Below are positions 37,416-46,602 of a stretch of 64,000 bases of DNA, in pieces. The stretch is from an uncultured Gemmatimonadota bacterium (GTDB lineage: Bacteria > Gemmatimonadota > Gemmatimonadetes > Longimicrobiales > Longimicrobiaceae): the NCBI GenBank assembly GCA_902805735.1, contig CADCTW010000187.1, forward strand, positions 2,859 to 66,858, in the 5' to 3' direction. The notes under the pieces are model-generated. The model worked only from the letters and a program-made list of their open reading frames with translations, did not search any database and was not told where the DNA came from. The number at the start of each line of letters is the position of its first letter. Within the stretch, counting starts at the first letter, position 1. A program made the translations under genes and the position numbers.

Positions 37416-38408
37416 ATGAAAGTCGTGATGCCGCTTGCCGGCAAGGGCACGCGCCTTCGGCCGCACACGCACGTCACCCCGAAGCCGCTCCTCAAGGTGG
37501 GCGACAAGCCCGTGCTCGCATACATCCTGGACGAGCTCCGCGAGCTGGGCGTGAACGAGGCCGTCTGCATTACCGGGCACCTCAAGGAGCGCGTGGAGGA
37601 GTTCATGGCGCGCGAGTACCCGGACTTCAGGGCCGTGTACGTGGAGCAGGTGCAGCAGCGCGGCACGGGCGACGCCATCGCCCTGGCCGAGCCGTACGTG
37701 CAGGAAGACCTCCTGATCATCTTCGTGGACACGCTGTTCGACGCGGACCTGTCGCTGGTGAAGCGCCTGCCGGAGGACGTGGCGGGGGTGATCTGGGCCA
37801 AGGAGGTGGAGGACTACCAGCGCTTCGGCGTGATCGTGACGGACGAGAACGGCTTCATGCAGAAGATCATCGAGAAGCCGAGCGAGCCGGTGAGCAAGCT
37901 GGCCAACATCGGCCTCTATTACATCCGCGACTGGAAGCTGCTCTTCGAGGGGATCCGCCACGTGATGTCCGTGGATCCGGGCCCTGGCGGCGAATACTTC
38001 CTCACGGACGCCTTCCAGTACATGGTGGACCACGGCGGCAAGCTGCTTGTGGCTCCCGTCGAGGGGTGGTACGACGCCGGCAAGCCGGACACGCTGCTGG
38101 AGACCAACCACCACGTCCTGGGCACCACCCGCGGCCGCTCCCCCGCCGCCGCCCCCGGCGTCACGGTGCACGAGCCCGTCCACGTCGCGGAGGGCGTCAC
38201 CCTGGAGAACGCCGAGATCGGCCCCAACGTCACCCTCTCCGCCGGCGCCACCGTGCGCGGCAGCAAGCTCCGCGACACCATCGTGGGCGAGAAAGCCGTG
38301 ATCGAAGGAAGCAATCTCCACGACTCCCTGATCGGCCGCGAGGCGAGGGTGAGCGGCGTGAAGGGCCAGGTGGACCTGGGAGATCACTCGGTCGTGACGA
38401 TGAAGTAA
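37416..38408 (+). CDS. Sugar-phosphate nucleotidyltransferase with LbH tail (RmlA long-form-like)
   Basis: PLAGKGTRLRP, PKPLL, RFGV, IIEKP, WYDAG, C-terminal hexapeptide repeats. Confidence 0.88.
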   Translation: MKVVMPLAGKGTRLRPHTHVTPKPLLKVGDKPVLAYILDELRELGVNEAVCITGHLKERVEEFMAREYPDFRAVYVEQVQQRGTGDAIALAEPYVQEDLLIIFVDTLFDADLSLVKRLPEDVAGVIWAKEVEDYQRFGVIVTDENGFMQKIIEKPSEPVSKLANIGLYYIRDWKLLFEGIRHVMSVDPGPGGEYFLTDAFQYMVDHGGKLLVAPVEGWYDAGKPDTLLETNHHVLGTTRGRSPAAAPGVTVHEPVHVAEGVTLENAEIGPNVTLSAGATVRGSKLRDTIVGEKAVIEGSNLHDSLIGREARVSGVKGQVDLGDHSVVTMK

Positions 38409-38422
38409 AAGCGGGGACCGGT

Positions 38423-38626
38423 GGCACTGCGGGCCCTCACCCCCCATCCCCCTCTCCCAAACTGCTGGGAGAGGGGGCGCATCTTCGGTGGCGGCGGGCG
38501 GCTCGGGTTTCACGGTGGGCCGCGTTTCCGCCGGCGCCGCGGTTCTGCGCGCGTACCTGTGGAAATCGCCCCCCTCTCCCAGCAGTTTGGGAGAGGGGGG
38601 TCGGGGGGGTGAGGGCCCGCGGTGCC
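38423..38626. repeat. CCCTCACC REP-like element with type-B linker
   Basis: GGCACTGCGGGCCCTCACCCCCC...CCCCTCTCCCAAACTGCTGGGAGAGGGGGCG and its inverse at the other end. The linker resembles the reverse complement of about 17295-17388. Confidence 0.88.
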
Positions 38627-38634
38627 CCGTTCCC

Positions 38635-39807
38635 CTACAGCACCCCGGCGGCTTCCATGATGATCACCAGGGCGCGCTCCACTCCGAGCGCGCCCTGGTC
38701 GTTCGCGTACCACTCGTCGGTGGTGTGGATGCCCCCCGAGTCGCCCCCCACCCCGATGGCGATGGAGGGAATGCCGAGCGCCATGGGCACGTTGGCGTCG
38801 GTGGATGAAGACACCAGCTCCGGCCGCGCGCCCATCGAGGCAGTCACCTGGGTGGAGATGCGCACCAGCTCCGCGCGCGCCGGGGTCTCGCCCGACGGCC
38901 GGTCGCCGATGATGGCGACGTCGCAGCGGAGGGGCTGCGTGCCGGGGCGGCGCCCGTTCCCCTCCTCGCGCACCACGCGCGACGCGATCCCCCGCACGCT
39001 CGCCTCCAGCTCCGGGAGCACGCCGGGGACCTCGCTGCGCATGTCGATCTCCAGCCACGCCGCGTCGGGAATCGCGTTGATGCTGGTCCCCCCGCCGATG
39101 CGCGCCACCGTCAGCGACGAGCGCTCTGGGTGGGGGAGGGCCAGCGTGCTGATCTCGGCCGTGGCGGAGGCCAGCGCGACCACGGGGTTGGGGGCGCCGC
39201 GGTCGGCCCACGAGTGGCCCCCGGGCCCCTCCACCGTCACCCGCAGCCGCCGCGAGCCGATGGCGCGGTGCACGATGCGCCGCACCCCCGAGCCGTCCAG
39301 CGCGATGAAGGCGGCGGCGGTGCGCAGCGGCGAGCCCTCGCGGAACAGGTGCTTCACGCCGCGCAGGTCGCCCGTGCCCTCCTCGCCCACCGTGGCCACG
39401 AAGAGCACGGGGCGGCGCGTGCGGACCCCGCCGGCGCGCGCCACCCGCGCCACCGCCAGCATCCCCGCCAGCCCGCGCGAGTTGTCGGTGATCCCCGGCG
39501 CGTAGATGCGGCCGCCCTCGTGGCGCGGCTCCACGTCCGTGCCCGCGGCGAAGACGGTGTCCAGGTGCGCCGCCACCACCACCGGCGCCGCGCCGGGAAG
39601 CCCGGGCAGGGCGGCGATCACGTTCCCCACCTCGTCCACCGACGCGTCCTCGTACCCCACCTCGCGGAAGCGCTCCAGCACGCGCGCGCCCCGCTCCCCC
39701 TCGCCGAACGGGGGTGCGGGGATGCGCACCAGCTCCAGCTGGTCGCGCAGCGTTGCGTCGTCCGTGCGATGCGCCAGCTCGCGGACGGCGCGGATCGAGA
39801 GGGTCAG
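38635..39807 (-). CDS. M20/M25/M40 family metallopeptidase (start uncertain)
   Basis: AAHLDTV, GITDNSRG, VGEEG, GGHS, GGTSINAIP, IHT. Start placed tentatively at CTG 39807; the alternative is a GTG at 39921 within the tandem repeat. Confidence 0.8.
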   Translation of the reverse strand: MTLSIRAVRELAHRTDDATLRDQLELVRIPAPPFGEGERGARVLERFREVGYEDASVDEVGNVIAALPGLPGAAPVVVAAHLDTVFAAGTDVEPRHEGGRIYAPGITDNSRGLAGMLAVARVARAGGVRTRRPVLFVATVGEEGTGDLRGVKHLFREGSPLRTAAAFIALDGSGVRRIVHRAIGSRRLRVTVEGPGGHSWADRGAPNPVVALASATAEISTLALPHPERSSLTVARIGGGTSINAIPDAAWLEIDMRSEVPGVLPELEASVRGIASRVVREEGNGRRPGTQPLRCDVAIIGDRPSGETPARAELVRISTQVTASMGARPELVSSSTDANVPMALGIPSIAIGVGGDSGGIHTTDEWYANDQGALGVERALVIIMEAAGVL

Positions 39808-39901
39808 GGCGTGCTGCCGGCTGCGGGACGCGTGGTGATCCCAGGGATCGGAAGTGCTGAGTCCAAAGTCCTGCGTTCCAAGTCCCGAGCGACCTGCTGT
39901 T

Positions 39902-39978
39902 CGGCACCAGCCACCAGGCACCAGGCACTAGGCACTAGGCACTAGGCACTAGGCACTAGGCACTAGGCACTAGGCACT
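39902..39978. repeat. Heptanucleotide tandem repeat (AGGCACT)n
   Basis: 8 perfect AGGCACT units at 39923-39978 plus 3 degenerate units at 39902-39922. Confidence 0.95.
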
Positions 39979-40164
39979 TCCGGCAGGATGCCTCAGCTTC
40001 CCGTGGACACTACGAAAAGATGATGATGCCCCCCCGCGCGGACGGTGTCAACCGAGCCGCCCCGGGTTTCGCATCCGACTGCCGATCATTATGATGGATG
40101 CCGTGCCCGAGCCGAGCTCAGGCCCCAACCGGCGGCACCTCCACCCTCGTCCCACGGGGATCGC

Positions 40165-41430
40165 ATGCAGGAGCGCGACCTGGTTTTCGATTGGAATACG
40201 CTGGACGGCTCGTTCGACTATTCCACCCGCCCCGGCGTGCAGCTCAACGACGAGACGCTGCGGGACGGGCTCCAGTCGCCGTCCGTGACCGATCCTCCCA
40301 TCGAAGACAAGATCCACCTCCTCCACCTGATGGCGGAGCTGGGGATCGCCTCGGCGGACATCGGCCTTCCCGGCGCCGGGCCCCGCGCCGTACGCGACGT
40401 GGAGGCGCTGGCCCGCGTCATCGCCGACGAGCGCCTCCCCATCGAGCCCAACTGCGCCGCCCGCACCGTACGCGCCGACGTGCAGCCCATCGTGGACGTC
40501 GCGCAGCGCACGGGGATCGCCATCGAGGCGGCCACCTTCATCGGCTCCTCCCCCATCCGCCAGTACGCGGAAGACTGGACGCTGGAGCGGATGCTGCGCG
40601 CCACCGAGGACGCGGTGGGTTTCGCCGTGGCCGAGGGGCTGCCGGTGATGTACGTCACCGAAGACACCACCCGCGCGCAGCCCGAGGTGCTCAAGGCGCT
40701 GTACGGCACGGCCATCCGCTGCGGCGCGCGGCGCATCTGCCTGGCGGACACGGTGGGGCACGCCACCCCGCATGGCGTGCGGCAGCTCGTGCGCTTCGTG
40801 AAGCACGAGATCGTGGACCCCAGCGGCGAGGACGTGAAGATCGACTGGCACGGCCACCGCGACCGGGGGCTGGGGATGCCCAACTGCCTGGCCGCCATCG
40901 AGGAGGGCGCGCACCGCATCCACGGCACCGCGCTGGGGATCGGCGAGCGCTGCGGCAACGCGGAGATGGACCTGCTCCTGGTGAACCTCAAGCTCCTGGG
41001 GCTGCACGACTGGGACCTGTCGCGGCTCAACGAGTACGTGCAGACGGCGTCGCGGGCCTGCGGCGTGCCGCTGGCCTACAACTGGCCCGTCTTCGGCGAG
41101 GACGCCTTCCGCACGGCCACCGGGGTGCACGCCGCCGCCATCATCAAGGCCGAGTCCAAGGGCGACGCCTGGCTGGCCGACCGCATCTACTCCGGCGTCC
41201 CCGCCGGTCTCTTCGGCCTCGCCCAGAAGATCGACATCTCGCCCATGAGCGGCCTCTCCAACGTGCGCTACTGGATGCGCGCGCACGGCTTCGACGGCAC
41301 GGACGACGCCCTCTGCACCCACGTCTTCGAAGCCGCCAAGCGCGGCGACCGCACCCTCACCGACGCCGAAGTGGTCGCGCTGGCGGCCGCCTACCTCGCC
41401 ACCGCCCCCGAGCTGCAGGAGGCGCGCTGA
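40165..41430 (+). CDS. leuA: LeuA-family DRE-TIM synthase (2-isopropylmalate synthase-like, no regulatory domain)
   Basis: DETLRDGLQ, LADTVG, WHGHRDRG, GIGERCGN. At 421 aa it lacks the C-terminal allosteric domain. Confidence 0.75.
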   Translation: MQERDLVFDWNTLDGSFDYSTRPGVQLNDETLRDGLQSPSVTDPPIEDKIHLLHLMAELGIASADIGLPGAGPRAVRDVEALARVIADERLPIEPNCAARTVRADVQPIVDVAQRTGIAIEAATFIGSSPIRQYAEDWTLERMLRATEDAVGFAVAEGLPVMYVTEDTTRAQPEVLKALYGTAIRCGARRICLADTVGHATPHGVRQLVRFVKHEIVDPSGEDVKIDWHGHRDRGLGMPNCLAAIEEGAHRIHGTALGIGERCGNAEMDLLLVNLKLLGLHDWDLSRLNEYVQTASRACGVPLAYNWPVFGEDAFRTATGVHAAAIIKAESKGDAWLADRIYSGVPAGLFGLAQKIDISPMSGLSNVRYWMRAHGFDGTDDALCTHVFEAAKRGDRTLTDAEVVALAAAYLATAPELQEAR

Positions 41431-41619
41431 GCCAACCCCCCGGCCGCCACGGCCGCGGGGGGATCGCTCTCGTGACCTGCCACTACCTCTTGCGGACGAA
41501 AATGAGGCGTGATACGTTCCCGGCGGCGATGCGGCCGGCGTACCACGCGGTCGCAGCTCCACCCGTCCCGCCACTGTGGTGAAGCACGGGTTTCACTCAT
41601 CCTCTCCAGGAGTCACACG

Positions 41620-42705
41620 ATGTCACGCCCAGGAAGCAGGAAGCTGTCACTGTTCCCCATCGCCTTATTTTTAACGCCTCTTTTCGCGGGATGCGAGTCC
41701 GCCGTGGCGCCCGGCCAGGCCGGCGGACCGGGGACGTACCTCTGCAAGATGGGTCCCGACGGGGAGTGCATCGGCACGCCCACACTGGCCAAGCGGCTCT
41801 CGTTCGGCAGCCCGGAAGAGCTGCATGCCTACCTGGAGCCGCTGCAGGACGCGTCCAAGGAAGCGCTCATGGCCGCCGAGGAGGGCAACGGCTTCGAGTC
41901 GCTGCGCGCCTACCTGGATCCCAACGAAGACACGGAAGAGGCAGCCCGGCTGAACGAGGGTACCGACGGTGCCACCGGGAACGAGGGGCGGGCGCTGGAG
42001 AACGACGGCGTGGTGCGGGAGGACTTCCCGGTGGGTGACGCCTTCCTTTCGGCGCTGAACCACCGCGGCGAGATCCAGGTCGGGGGCAGCCTGTTCAAGG
42101 TGACGCGCGACTACGTGTACGAGATCGACCCGGCGGACCTGGCCCTGCTGAACGAGAAGGTGCCGACGCTGAGCTCCCCGGCGCCCACCGACGGCGATCC
42201 GCGCATCCAGATCCACGTGGTGGAAACCTCGCTGCAGCGCGAGTCCACCGCGGCGGCGGCTGCCAGCCTGGCGCCGAGCTCCGCCTCGCTGAGCCGCGAC
42301 CACGTGGCGGGCGTCAGCGGCAACTGCTACGTCTACGCCGGCGACCGGCGCATGCACGGCAAGTCGTACATCACGAACACCTTCTTCTACGCCGAAGCGG
42401 GCGTGGCCACGGAGTGGGAGCGCAGGAAGAAGTTCCTGTGGTGGACCTACTGGTCGAACACCTGGCAGAGCGGCACTCTCTCGTACTCGTTCAACAGCAA
42501 CCTGGGCTTCGGCCCGTGGACCGGTCCCTGGAGCCCCATCGGCCTGCCGAGCGGCTCCAACGCCCAGGCGGGCACCTCCTCCGTCCGCAAGACGGTGGCG
42601 TGGGGCGTCGGGTTCGGGATCCGCATCCGCGGCTCCGTCCACACGCACCACACCGTTTCCAACAGCAACGTGACGGGCTCGTGCGACACCGACGCCAGCG
42701 CGTGA
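41620..42705 (+). CDS. Hypothetical lipoprotein (DUF4848-like N domain, beta-rich C domain)
   Basis: AGGAG RBS, lipobox LFAGC, LSFGSPEEL...EEGNGFESL, ALNHRGEIQVG. Confidence 0.65.
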   Translation: MSRPGSRKLSLFPIALFLTPLFAGCESAVAPGQAGGPGTYLCKMGPDGECIGTPTLAKRLSFGSPEELHAYLEPLQDASKEALMAAEEGNGFESLRAYLDPNEDTEEAARLNEGTDGATGNEGRALENDGVVREDFPVGDAFLSALNHRGEIQVGGSLFKVTRDYVYEIDPADLALLNEKVPTLSSPAPTDGDPRIQIHVVETSLQRESTAAAAASLAPSSASLSRDHVAGVSGNCYVYAGDRRMHGKSYITNTFFYAEAGVATEWERRKKFLWWTYWSNTWQSGTLSYSFNSNLGFGPWTGPWSPIGLPSGSNAQAGTSSVRKTVAWGVGFGIRIRGSVHTHHTVSNSNVTGSCDTDASA

Positions 42706-42723
42706 CCCGCATGCGCTGACGGT

Positions 42724-42756
42724 GCGGCCCGGTACGGGCACGGTACCGGGCCGCTT
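42724..42756 (+). terminator. Hairpin after the lipoprotein gene
   Basis: GCGGCCCGGTAC-GGGCACG-GTACCGGGCCGC-TT. Confidence 0.55.
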
Positions 42757-42832
42757 CGCCTGACGGAACGCCTGCTGATCGCTTATCTTCCCCGGTCGGC
42801 GGGCTGAACCATGCGATTCCAGGACGGGGAAG

Positions 42833-43180
42833 ATGAACGAGGTGAGGGTCTACGGGTTGCCGCACTGCACCACCTGCGTCAAAGCGCTGGATTATCTCCG
42901 CGGCAAACAGGTGGGGATCGAGTCGGTGCGCGACCTCAAGGCGCACCCGCTCACGACCGACGAGGTGCGCGAGCTGGCGGCGAAGGTGGGATCGGTGGAG
43001 AAGCTGTTCTCGCGCAGGGCGATGAAGTATCGCCAGATGGGCCTCCACGAGCGCCATCTCACGGAGGATGAGATGGTGCGGCTGATGTCCGAAGAATACA
43101 CCTTCGTCACCCGACCCGTCGTCGTGAAAGGCGACCGTGCGACGGCGGGGTTCTCGGCGAAGCGGCTGGACGCGCTTTGA
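42833..43180 (+). CDS. ArsC/Spx/YffB family thioredoxin-fold protein
   Basis: YGLPHCTTCVKA, FVTRPVV. Confidence 0.85.
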   Translation: MNEVRVYGLPHCTTCVKALDYLRGKQVGIESVRDLKAHPLTTDEVRELAAKVGSVEKLFSRRAMKYRQMGLHERHLTEDEMVRLMSEEYTFVTRPVVVKGDRATAGFSAKRLDAL

Positions 43181-43246
43181 GGTCACACCGAGACACAGAG
43201 GCACAGAGAAGAAGTCATCTCTGTGCCTCTGTGTCTCTGTGTGAGT
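43181..43246. repeat. CACAGAG repeat, hairpin overlapping the 3' end of the hydrolase gene
   Basis: TCACACCGAGACACAGAGGCACAGAGA-AGAAGTCA-TCTCTGTGCCTCTGTGTCTCTGTGTGA. Confidence 0.9.
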
Positions 43247-43874
43247 CCAGCCACTCCCGCGCGTCGCGCGCCTCGTCGGGCGAGATGCCGTGGCCCATGG
43301 CGTAGTCGCGCGCCGTCAGGTCGGCGCCGGCGGCCTGGAGGAAGCCGCGGCCCTCGCGGGCGAGCTCGAACGGGATCTGCGGGTCCAGCGTGCCGTGGCC
43401 CCACCAGAAGCGCGTGCCCGCCACGGACTCCGCGGTGGCGCGCACGCTGGGGTGGTCGGCGAGGAAGCCGCTGAAGTTCATCACCAGGGGGACGGCGCCG
43501 GGGTTGCGGAGGGCGTACGCCATGGACATCGCCCCGCCCTGCGAGAAGCCGCCGAGCACCACCGGCCCCGTACGCACCGGGAGCGCCGTGCGCAGCTCCG
43601 CCAGGAAGCCGCCCAGCGCCTCCTGGCTCGCCTCGAAGCTCTCCGGCTCGGGGCGGTTGCGGCCCAGGAAGCGGTACCACGCCCACCCCGGCCCGTATCC
43701 CCACGGCGCCCCGGGGTGCGGAGCCTGCGGCGTCACCACCACCGCGCGGGGCGCGATCAGCGGCGCCAGCCCCGCCAGGTCGAAGCGGTCGCTGCCCCGG
43801 CCGTGCAGCAGCACCACCAGCGGCGCGCCGTCCTGCACACCCTCCGGGATTACCTGTTCGAAGAGGAGGCTCAC
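43215..43874 (-). CDS. Phospholipase/carboxylesterase (alpha/beta hydrolase)
   Basis: LLHGRGS, GFSQGG, HGTLDPQI, MGHGI. The GTG start overlaps the upstream stop. Confidence 0.88.
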   Translation of the reverse strand: MSLLFEQVIPEGVQDGAPLVVLLHGRGSDRFDLAGLAPLIAPRAVVVTPQAPHPGAPWGYGPGWAWYRFLGRNRPEPESFEASQEALGGFLAELRTALPVRTGPVVLGGFSQGGAMSMAYALRNPGAVPLVMNFSGFLADHPSVRATAESVAGTRFWWGHGTLDPQIPFELAREGRGFLQAAGADLTARDYAMGHGISPDEARDAREWLDSHRDTEAQR

Positions 43875-44296
43875 CGGGACTCCGCCTGGACCTGGTCCAG
43901 CGCGCGGCTCTGGAAGGGGTGCCGGCCAATGGAGGCGATCCCCGCGAACAGGAGGAGGAGGGAGACGGCGACGCCCGCGAAGGCGTACTTGTAGGCCTGC
44001 TTGCCGTCCGCCGCGCGCTTCGCCCACGCGCCGAGCACCGTCACCGCCGCGACGGCCAGGATGTTCATGACCAGGTGCCCCATCACGGCCGGGTACCAGC
44101 GGCCCAGGACCACCAGCAGGATCCCCAGCAGCACCTGCAGGTGCAGCGTCCCCGTGTAGATCCCCGTCACCATGCGCGCGGGGCGGTCGTACGGGCGCGT
44201 GCCGGAGAGCCCCCGGGCCAGGACGACGAGGGCGGCCAGCGCGGCGAGGAGCACCAGGTAGCGGAGCCCCGAGTGCGCGTAGTAGACGATGTTCAT
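43871..44296 (-). CDS. Four-TM membrane protein with His residues (cytochrome b-like hypothetical)
   Basis: AHSGLRYLVL, LHLQVLLG, MGH; four hydrophobic segments. Confidence 0.7.
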   Translation of the reverse strand: MNIVYYAHSGLRYLVLLAALAALVVLARGLSGTRPYDRPARMVTGIYTGTLHLQVLLGILLVVLGRWYPAVMGHLVMNILAVAAVTVLGAWAKRAADGKQAYKYAFAGVAVSLLLLFAGIASIGRHPFQSRALDQVQAESR

Positions 44297-44425
44297 GGGT
44301 GTCCGCGGACGGTGGGCTGAAAGGGCCGCGGAGCGCGGCCGGCGCGCGACAATCTAGCGGCCGGCCGGGGGGGCACAATGGCGCGGGGGCGGCCGGCGTA
44401 CGCGCCGGCTGCCCCCTCCTCGATG

Positions 44426-44920
44426 CTACTCCGCCTGCGCGTTCTTGACGAACAGGTCGTGCACCAGCGAGTTGAACTCGCGCTGCATCTCGTCATGGTC
44501 CTTCTCGCAGGTCCGCCCGATTTCCGAGAGGCGCGCCTCGCCCAGACGGTCGCCGACGGCGGCGAAGGTGCCAAAGGTGTCCTGCGCCTGGCGGATCATC
44601 ACGATGTCCTCCACCACGCGGAGGAAGTCGTCGTTACGCAGGGCGTCCGCCGCGTCCTTGGCCTTCCCCAACATGAAGCCCAGCACGTTCTTGAACGCCT
44701 CGCCGCTCGGCTCGCCCAGCGTGGCGCGGTACTCCTCCAGCATCGTCTGGTGCTGGCGCATCCGCGGCAGGTACCGCGTGCACAGCTCGCGGAAGCGCGC
44801 GTCCTGCGCCTGCTTCTCGTGGTCCTCCAGGCTCTCCAGCAGCGTCTTGTGCTGCATCACGCAGTTGCTGACCTGGGCCAGGAGAAAGTCGCGTCCCTTG
44901 TGCATGTCTGTTGTCTCCAA
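44426..44920 (-). CDS. Ferritin-like (DUF892-like) four-helix protein
   Basis: GGAG RBS, helical and acidic, H/E ligand-like spacing (QH...DH...QH...DHDE). Confidence 0.55.
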   Translation of the reverse strand: METTDMHKGRDFLLAQVSNCVMQHKTLLESLEDHEKQAQDARFRELCTRYLPRMRQHQTMLEEYRATLGEPSGEAFKNVLGFMLGKAKDAADALRNDDFLRVVEDIVMIRQAQDTFGTFAAVGDRLGEARLSEIGRTCEKDHDEMQREFNSLVHDLFVKNAQAE

Positions 44921-44957
44921 TCATCAGTTTCCGTTCTACAGCGGAGCGCGCTGCCGT

Positions 44958-44973
44958 TGCATAGCGTGTGCCG
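44958..44973 (-). promoter_or_regulatory. Candidate sigma54 promoter
   Basis: Minus strand CGGCACA-CGCT-ATGCA, 38 nt before the start. Confidence 0.45.
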
Positions 44974-44991
44974 CATGTTTGTACAGAGTTG

Positions 44992-45019
44992 CCTCACACA
45001 GAGACACAGAGGCACAGAG
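44992..45019. repeat. CACAGAG repeat, half element
   Basis: CCTCACACAGAGACACAGAGGCACAGAG. Confidence 0.85.
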
Positions 45020-45145
45020 TCGTTGGCGACATCCACGGCGCCGGGACGAACCGATGGTGGCGAAGGTATGGCGTTGGTGATCCTGGAGCACGGATCCGGA
45101 GTATCTGGTATGTAGGGGGAGCGCTCACGACGGACAGGGGGCTTT

Positions 45146-45358
45146 ATGAACCGGGAATCTGCGCCTGCTCATCGTCCCAAGATTCGGATCAGGGAGAGCC
45201 GATTCGTTGGCCGCCTGTATGACATCCCGGCACCGTCGCTCGAACTCGCCCGTGTCCGGATGCGCTGCACGCCGGGACTGTTCCAGTCGCTCAGCGACGA
45301 AGCGCGCAAGCTATGGGACAACTACGACGGACCCGAGAACATCGGCCCGCCTTCGTGA
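45146..45358 (+). CDS. Small hypothetical protein (70 aa)
   Basis: ATG with AGGGGG RBS; fills an otherwise empty gap; protein-like composition. Confidence 0.45.
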   Translation: MNRESAPAHRPKIRIRESRFVGRLYDIPAPSLELARVRMRCTPGLFQSLSDEARKLWDNYDGPENIGPPS

Positions 45359-45366
45359 CAGAAAGT

Positions 45367-45421
45367 CACAGAGGCACAGAGAAGAACTGATCCTCTGTGC
45401 CTCTGTGTCTCTGTGTGAGCC
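45367..45421. repeat. CACAGAG repeat, hairpin form
   Basis: CACAGAGGCACAGAGA-loop-CTCTGTGCCTCTGTGTCTCTGTGTGAGCC. Confidence 0.85.
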
Positions 45422-45429
45422 CTGTTGTT

Positions 45430-46602
45430 CTACGTGCTCAGCTCTTCGTTGACGGCTTCGCCGGCGGCCGTGGCCCGGGGCTGGTGGTTGCGCTCCGCCT
45501 CGGCGCGGACCTCGGCGACGGCGTCGGGGGTGATCCAGCCGCGGGAGGCGGCGTGCTCGGCGGCGGCCAGGGTGTCGTCGGCCAGGACCAGGGCGCTGCC
45601 GGCCTTCTCCACCTCGCCGGCCAGGGCGCGGATGGCCGCCACGCGCTCGGGCCTCGCCTCCACATTGCGGATGTACACGGCGGACACGCGGCGCGGGTAC
45701 TCCTTCACCACGCGGGCGTAGATCTCCGGGTCTTCCTGGCTGGTGTCGCCCACCAGGATGAAGGGGAGGGCGGGGAAGGTGTCCATGATCCGCCGGATCG
45801 CCCGCATCTTGTGCTCCTCGTTGGAGGTGGGGAGCACCTCGCCCGAGAGCCCCCAGTCGCGCAGCGTCAGGGGGCCCAGCGGGATCTTCTGCAGCGACAG
45901 GAAGTCGTCCAGCAGGTCGTGCAGGTTCCAGGGGGAGCTGGAAACGTAGAAGACCGGGTTGAACGACGCCGCCCCCGTCCCGTGCTGCAGCGCGCGGTAG
46001 AAGGCGCCCACCCCCGCGAAGGGGACGCGCGTGTGCGCGTTGCCAAAGAGGACCGTGCGCGCCATGCGCAGCTTGGAGGTGACGCCGGTGCGGATCACCG
46101 TGTCGTCCAGGTCGCTGATGACCCCGAAGGCGCTCGCGGCGGGCGGCACCAGGACGTGCCCCAGCGCCCGCACGGGCTCGGCGCCCTCGCGCGGCTCCAC
46201 CAGCTCCAGCACCACCTCGTGCCAGATGGCGTTGGGGGCGAAGGCGGGGCGCGGCTCGAAGTGGCACTCGAAATAGCCCTCCTCGTCCGCCTTCACCGTC
46301 TGCTCGCCGCCCGCGAAGACCACGCGGATGCGGGCGTGCGGAACCTCGTCGCTCTCGAAGCGCTGGACCATGGAGGCCAGGTTCGCCCACACGCTGTCCG
46401 CCGCGTCCGCCGCGGGCACGGGCGAGCCGCGCAACACGCGCCCCCGCACGAAGCCGCGCTCCGGGGTGCCGAAGCCCCGGTAGGTGTCGATGCGCGCCGC
46501 CTTGCCCGTGCCGCCGGTGGCGTTCAGGCGGCGCCGCTGCTCGTCGAGCTTGGTGTCCACGCGGTCCAGGAACCGCGCGATCCCCTTCTGCCAGTCGGCC
46601 AT
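45430..46602 (-). CDS. App1/DUF2183 family phosphatidate phosphatase-like protein
   Basis: ISDLDDTV, FYVSSSPWNL, LRDWG, FILVGDTSQEDPEIY, VYIR. Confidence 0.9.
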   Translation of the reverse strand: MADWQKGIARFLDRVDTKLDEQRRRLNATGGTGKAARIDTYRGFGTPERGFVRGRVLRGSPVPAADAADSVWANLASMVQRFESDEVPHARIRVVFAGGEQTVKADEEGYFECHFEPRPAFAPNAIWHEVVLELVEPREGAEPVRALGHVLVPPAASAFGVISDLDDTVIRTGVTSKLRMARTVLFGNAHTRVPFAGVGAFYRALQHGTGAASFNPVFYVSSSPWNLHDLLDDFLSLQKIPLGPLTLRDWGLSGEVLPTSNEEHKMRAIRRIMDTFPALPFILVGDTSQEDPEIYARVVKEYPRRVSAVYIRNVEARPERVAAIRALAGEVEKAGSALVLADDTLAAAEHAASRGWITPDAVAEVRAEAERNHQPRATAAGEAVNEELST

